The notes under the pieces: model-generated
What the model was told of the DNA's origin: nothing
Database searches by the model: none
Seen by the model: the letters and a program-made list of their open reading frames with translations, nothing else
Program-made: the position numbers and the translations under genes
From: a virus
Taxonomy: Duplodnaviria > Caudoviricetes
IMG/VR virus record: IMGVR_UViG_3300043443_000537
Span: 1 to 57,659 of that record
Strand: one strand, 5' to 3'
DNA length: 57,659 nucleotides
In this document: positions 54,992-57,659 of the stretch, one piece after another
Layout of the letters: every line of letters begins with the position of its first letter
How positions within the stretch are numbered: the stretch's first letter is position 1

Positions 54992-55420
54992 TTAGAAATA
55001 CTGCGCCCCGAACTGGAAGTTGCGGCAGCTCAGGAACGCCGCCGAGCGCGAGGGAAACGCGCGGCGCGCCACGAGACCGTCAATCGGCAGCGCCTCGGCG
55101 CCGTCGATCCTATACACGTCACCGGTCCACGCCTTGACCTCGGCGAACGCCCCGGCCTTCACGCGCACCGGGAGGTGCAGGTTGTTGCGCCATTGGTAGG
55201 GAACGGAGACGCCGCAGAGGTAGAGCGTCGCGCCCTCGCCGGGGTTGCAAATCTGGACCGGCGTGTTGACCGGCATGTCGGTGCCGATGCCTTGGAGATA
55301 CGAGCCGCGCAGGCACTTCGCGCAGTGTTGGCCCGAGTCGAAGCCGATGACGTGCTTCGCCCAGAGGTAGCGCCAACCGGTCAGGGTTGCGCGGGAGGAG
55401 GTGACGGTCAGAGTAAGCAT
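54992..55420 (-). CDS. Hypothetical protein
   Basis: 142 aa, HCAKCL, YLCGVS, NLH; overlaps the methyltransferase stop. Confidence 0.75.
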   Translation of the reverse strand: MLTLTVTSSRATLTGWRYLWAKHVIGFDSGQHCAKCLRGSYLQGIGTDMPVNTPVQICNPGEGATLYLCGVSVPYQWRNNLHLPVRVKAGAFAEVKAWTGDVYRIDGAEALPIDGLVARRAFPSRSAAFLSCRNFQFGAQYF

Positions 55421-56817
55421 AGGAGGGCGGCCTTGGCATCCTCGTGCCGACCGAGGCGCCGGCCCGAGCTATTTAGGAGCATGTTGAACTCGCGTTCAAG
55501 CGCGGACGCAACTACTTCTTGCGTCGGAGTGCGCGAATTTGTCGCGGTGAGTTGAAACGCCACCGCGCTCTCGGTGTGCTTTGTGATGACGAAGCCGTAG
55601 CGCGCAGCGAGTCGCTCGATGTCTTCACGACTGTGGAACTTCTGGTAGAACCACCGGCCCTTGCGATAGAGCGCGCTGAGGCCGTGCTCGTCGATGAACT
55701 CGACGTAGCGCTGCCCAATCTGCTTCGTCTTTACGTTGCTGCGCATTGTGTCTTGCCACTCGATTCGTTCCTTTGACCGGCCGGAGAAAAACAGCGTGCC
55801 GCCCGGCTTGCAAAACGCGGAGATGCAGGCGAGCACGTCGTCCTCCGCCTGTTGAGTGTCGACCGAGTTGAGCACGTAGTCGCACACCACGGCGTCGAAC
55901 CGACCCGCCTGGCGGAGCGCCCCGACAAACTGATCGACCATCGCGTTGACCGCGCCGACGTCGATGGCGTCGCGGCCGGCCGCCCGGCGGAAGAACTCAA
56001 GGCCTTGGATCCGGTAGCCCTGCCCGGCGAGCTTGCGCACGTAGTCGCCCTGCCCGCACCCGAAGTCGAGCACGCGCGCCTCGGGGTTTCTCGCCAGCCA
56101 CGGGATGACGTGCTCGCGATATGTCGGCGACTCGTTGCCGCGCTCGGCGCCCTCCCGCAGGCGGAACATCTGCGCGAACGTCTGGATATAGGTCTCGCGC
56201 GGGAGGTTTTCGTAGCTGAACACCCCGTAGCGCGCGCCAAGCAGACCGCGGGCCTCCGCCTCAAACTCGGCGGGCACCACGTAGACGAGGCACGGCTTGC
56301 CCATCGTCTTACAGGCGAGGGCATATTGGGCGGCGTGGAAAATCTCGCCCGCCTCGTTGGCCACGCAAGCGCCCCACGGCCCGTAGATGGTGACGAGCCG
56401 CATGATCTCGTGGCGGATGTTTGCGCCGGCCGCCCGTTGGTTTGCGCTGAGTTGATCGGCCTGCACATGGACGAAGCCGCTGCGACCGGCCAGGCCTCCG
56501 ACCACGCGCGCGTTCTCGTCTCCGGTGTCGAGGTCGGTGCCGTTGTGGAGTTGGTTGAACCGCACCTCGTCGTAGAGGTTGGCGTCGGTGGGCAGCACGT
56601 AGACGGGCGCGCGGGTCACGCCCATCGCCCGGAGCGCCCGGGTCCGTTGGTGACCTGCCACTATGGTCCGGCCGCGGACGATGATCGGCTTCGCGCAACC
56701 GACGACGCGCAGCGAGTGCTTGAGCTTTTCGACCGCCGCCTCGTCGATTCGCCTCGGGTTGTAGTCGGCGCCGATGATGTCGGAGATGTCGAAGTCGAGA
56801 TTTAGTCCCGGGTTCAT
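55408..56817 (-). CDS. ParB-like N-terminal domain(s) fused to class I SAM-dependent methyltransferase
   Basis: ADYNPRRI...IVAGHQR; VLDFGCGQG; CDYVLNSV. Confidence 0.85.
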   Translation of the reverse strand: MNPGLNLDFDISDIIGADYNPRRIDEAAVEKLKHSLRVVGCAKPIIVRGRTIVAGHQRTRALRAMGVTRAPVYVLPTDANLYDEVRFNQLHNGTDLDTGDENARVVGGLAGRSGFVHVQADQLSANQRAAGANIRHEIMRLVTIYGPWGACVANEAGEIFHAAQYALACKTMGKPCLVYVVPAEFEAEARGLLGARYGVFSYENLPRETYIQTFAQMFRLREGAERGNESPTYREHVIPWLARNPEARVLDFGCGQGDYVRKLAGQGYRIQGLEFFRRAAGRDAIDVGAVNAMVDQFVGALRQAGRFDAVVCDYVLNSVDTQQAEDDVLACISAFCKPGGTLFFSGRSKERIEWQDTMRSNVKTKQIGQRYVEFIDEHGLSALYRKGRWFYQKFHSREDIERLAARYGFVITKHTESAVAFQLTATNSRTPTQEVVASALEREFNMLLNSSGRRLGRHEDAKAALLCLL

Positions 56818-57467
56818 TTGACGCCCTCCACCTTGCGAACGAGGTAGCCGCCGAACCCAAAGGTCGTCCCGCTCTCGGCCGCGTAGGCCTCGACAAGATC
56901 GGTGAGCGCGCGCAGCTCGTCGGCGTCGAGTGGGATCTTGTATTTCCCGACCGCCAGGTAATCCATCGCGGTGCCACTCTTTGCCTCCTCGGCCTCCGCC
57001 TCGATGGCCTCTAGGTCCTGCGCGGCTCGCAGCAGCGTCGCCAGTTCGTCGTCATTGAAGCCGGTGAGGGAGACGTCAAAGCCGTCGTCCTCCAAGCCCT
57101 TTAACTCAACTCGCAACAGCTCCTCGTCCCATGACGACCCGACCTCGGCGAGCTTGTTATCCGCAATCACGTAGGCGCGCTTCTGCGCCGGCGTCAGGTA
57201 GCCGAGCCTGATGCACGGCACCGTCTCGAGACCGAGCTTGCGCGCGGCCATGACGCGACCGTGGCCGGCGATGATTCCGTCCTGCGCGTCAATGAGGACG
57301 GGGTTTGTGAAGCCAAACTCGCGGATGCTTCCGGCGATGGCTGCGACACCTGCATCTGTGTGCAGGCGCGCGTTCAGTGCGTAGGGGATCAATCGCTCTA
57401 GGGCGATATGCTCAATATTCGCGGCGCCCTTGCGGGGCTCGGCGGCGACGTTGGGAGCAGCGGCCAA
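56814..57467 (-). CDS. ParB/Srx N-terminal domain protein
   Basis: LIPYALNARLH...IREFGFTNPVLID...IIAGHGR...AYVIADNKLA. Confidence 0.92.
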   Translation of the reverse strand: MAAAPNVAAEPRKGAANIEHIALERLIPYALNARLHTDAGVAAIAGSIREFGFTNPVLIDAQDGIIAGHGRVMAARKLGLETVPCIRLGYLTPAQKRAYVIADNKLAEVGSSWDEELLRVELKGLEDDGFDVSLTGFNDDELATLLRAAQDLEAIEAEAEEAKSGTAMDYLAVGKYKIPLDADELRALTDLVEAYAAESGTTFGFGGYLVRKVEGVK

Positions 57468-57545
57468 TTACATGCACCTGTGATTTATTGAGACACGAAC
57501 TCAAAAACAAAGAGGCGTTTGACGGCCTGTAGCTAGCGTTTAACC

Positions 57546-57588
57546 GGGGTGTTCCCCCTTACCCGCCCTACCCCCGTGGGAAGGACCC
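57546..57588 (-). other. Putative cos site (cosQ plus cosN)
   Basis: Minus strand GGGTCCT (57588-57582), 23-24 nt, then GGGGAACACCCC (57557-57546). Confidence 0.7.
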
Positions 57589-57659
57589 ATAGCTAGGCAA
57601 AATTTGCCGGTCAAAAATGACCACCGCTGGTCAAAATTGACCACTAGGCAAAATTTGCC
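57549..57659. repeat. Terminal direct repeat, right copy
   Basis: Identical to 1-111. Confidence 0.97.

Overview
The window appears to be a complete, GC-rich temperate myovirus genome of about 57.5 kb. The first 111 bp recur at 57549-57659 and overlap a lambda-like cos signature (cosQ GGGTCCT plus a putative 12-nt cohesive end). Layout: (i) a leftward replication block, 135-9225: Mor-like activator, RadC/JAB protein, primase-helicase, C5 DNA methyltransferase, VRR-NUC nuclease, dUTPase, SSB, SF2 helicase, small HTH regulator; (ii) a rightward early/accessory block, 9374-26522: RecE-like exonuclease, partial beta-clamp homologue, Sak4-like ATPase, adenine methyltransferase, i-type-lysozyme-like muramidase, Rnl2-like RNA ligase, attP, tyrosine integrase and a ~1.3 kb non-coding RNA operon; (iii) a leftward late block, 26620-57467: ParB and ParB-methyltransferase genes, lambda-type terminase and portal, protease-capsid fusion, P2-like contractile tail with two receptor-binding proteins. 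The most striking feature is the RNA operon. It holds two tRNAs, a full tmRNA with an unusually long 30-aa tag, and several unexplained structured RNAs: two ending in hairpin-ACCA minihelices, one predicted kissing-loop RNA and one enlarged tRNA-like RNA. Two regulons can be read from the DNA: nine TTGCG-N4-CGCAA operator/promoter sites, mostly 37-38 nt upstream of early start codons, and four exact copies of a 19-bp late-promoter box. Recalled similarity of SSB and RadC suggests a Verrucomicrobia (Opitutae) host, which is an inference. All family assignments come from motif recognition by eye; no database search was run.
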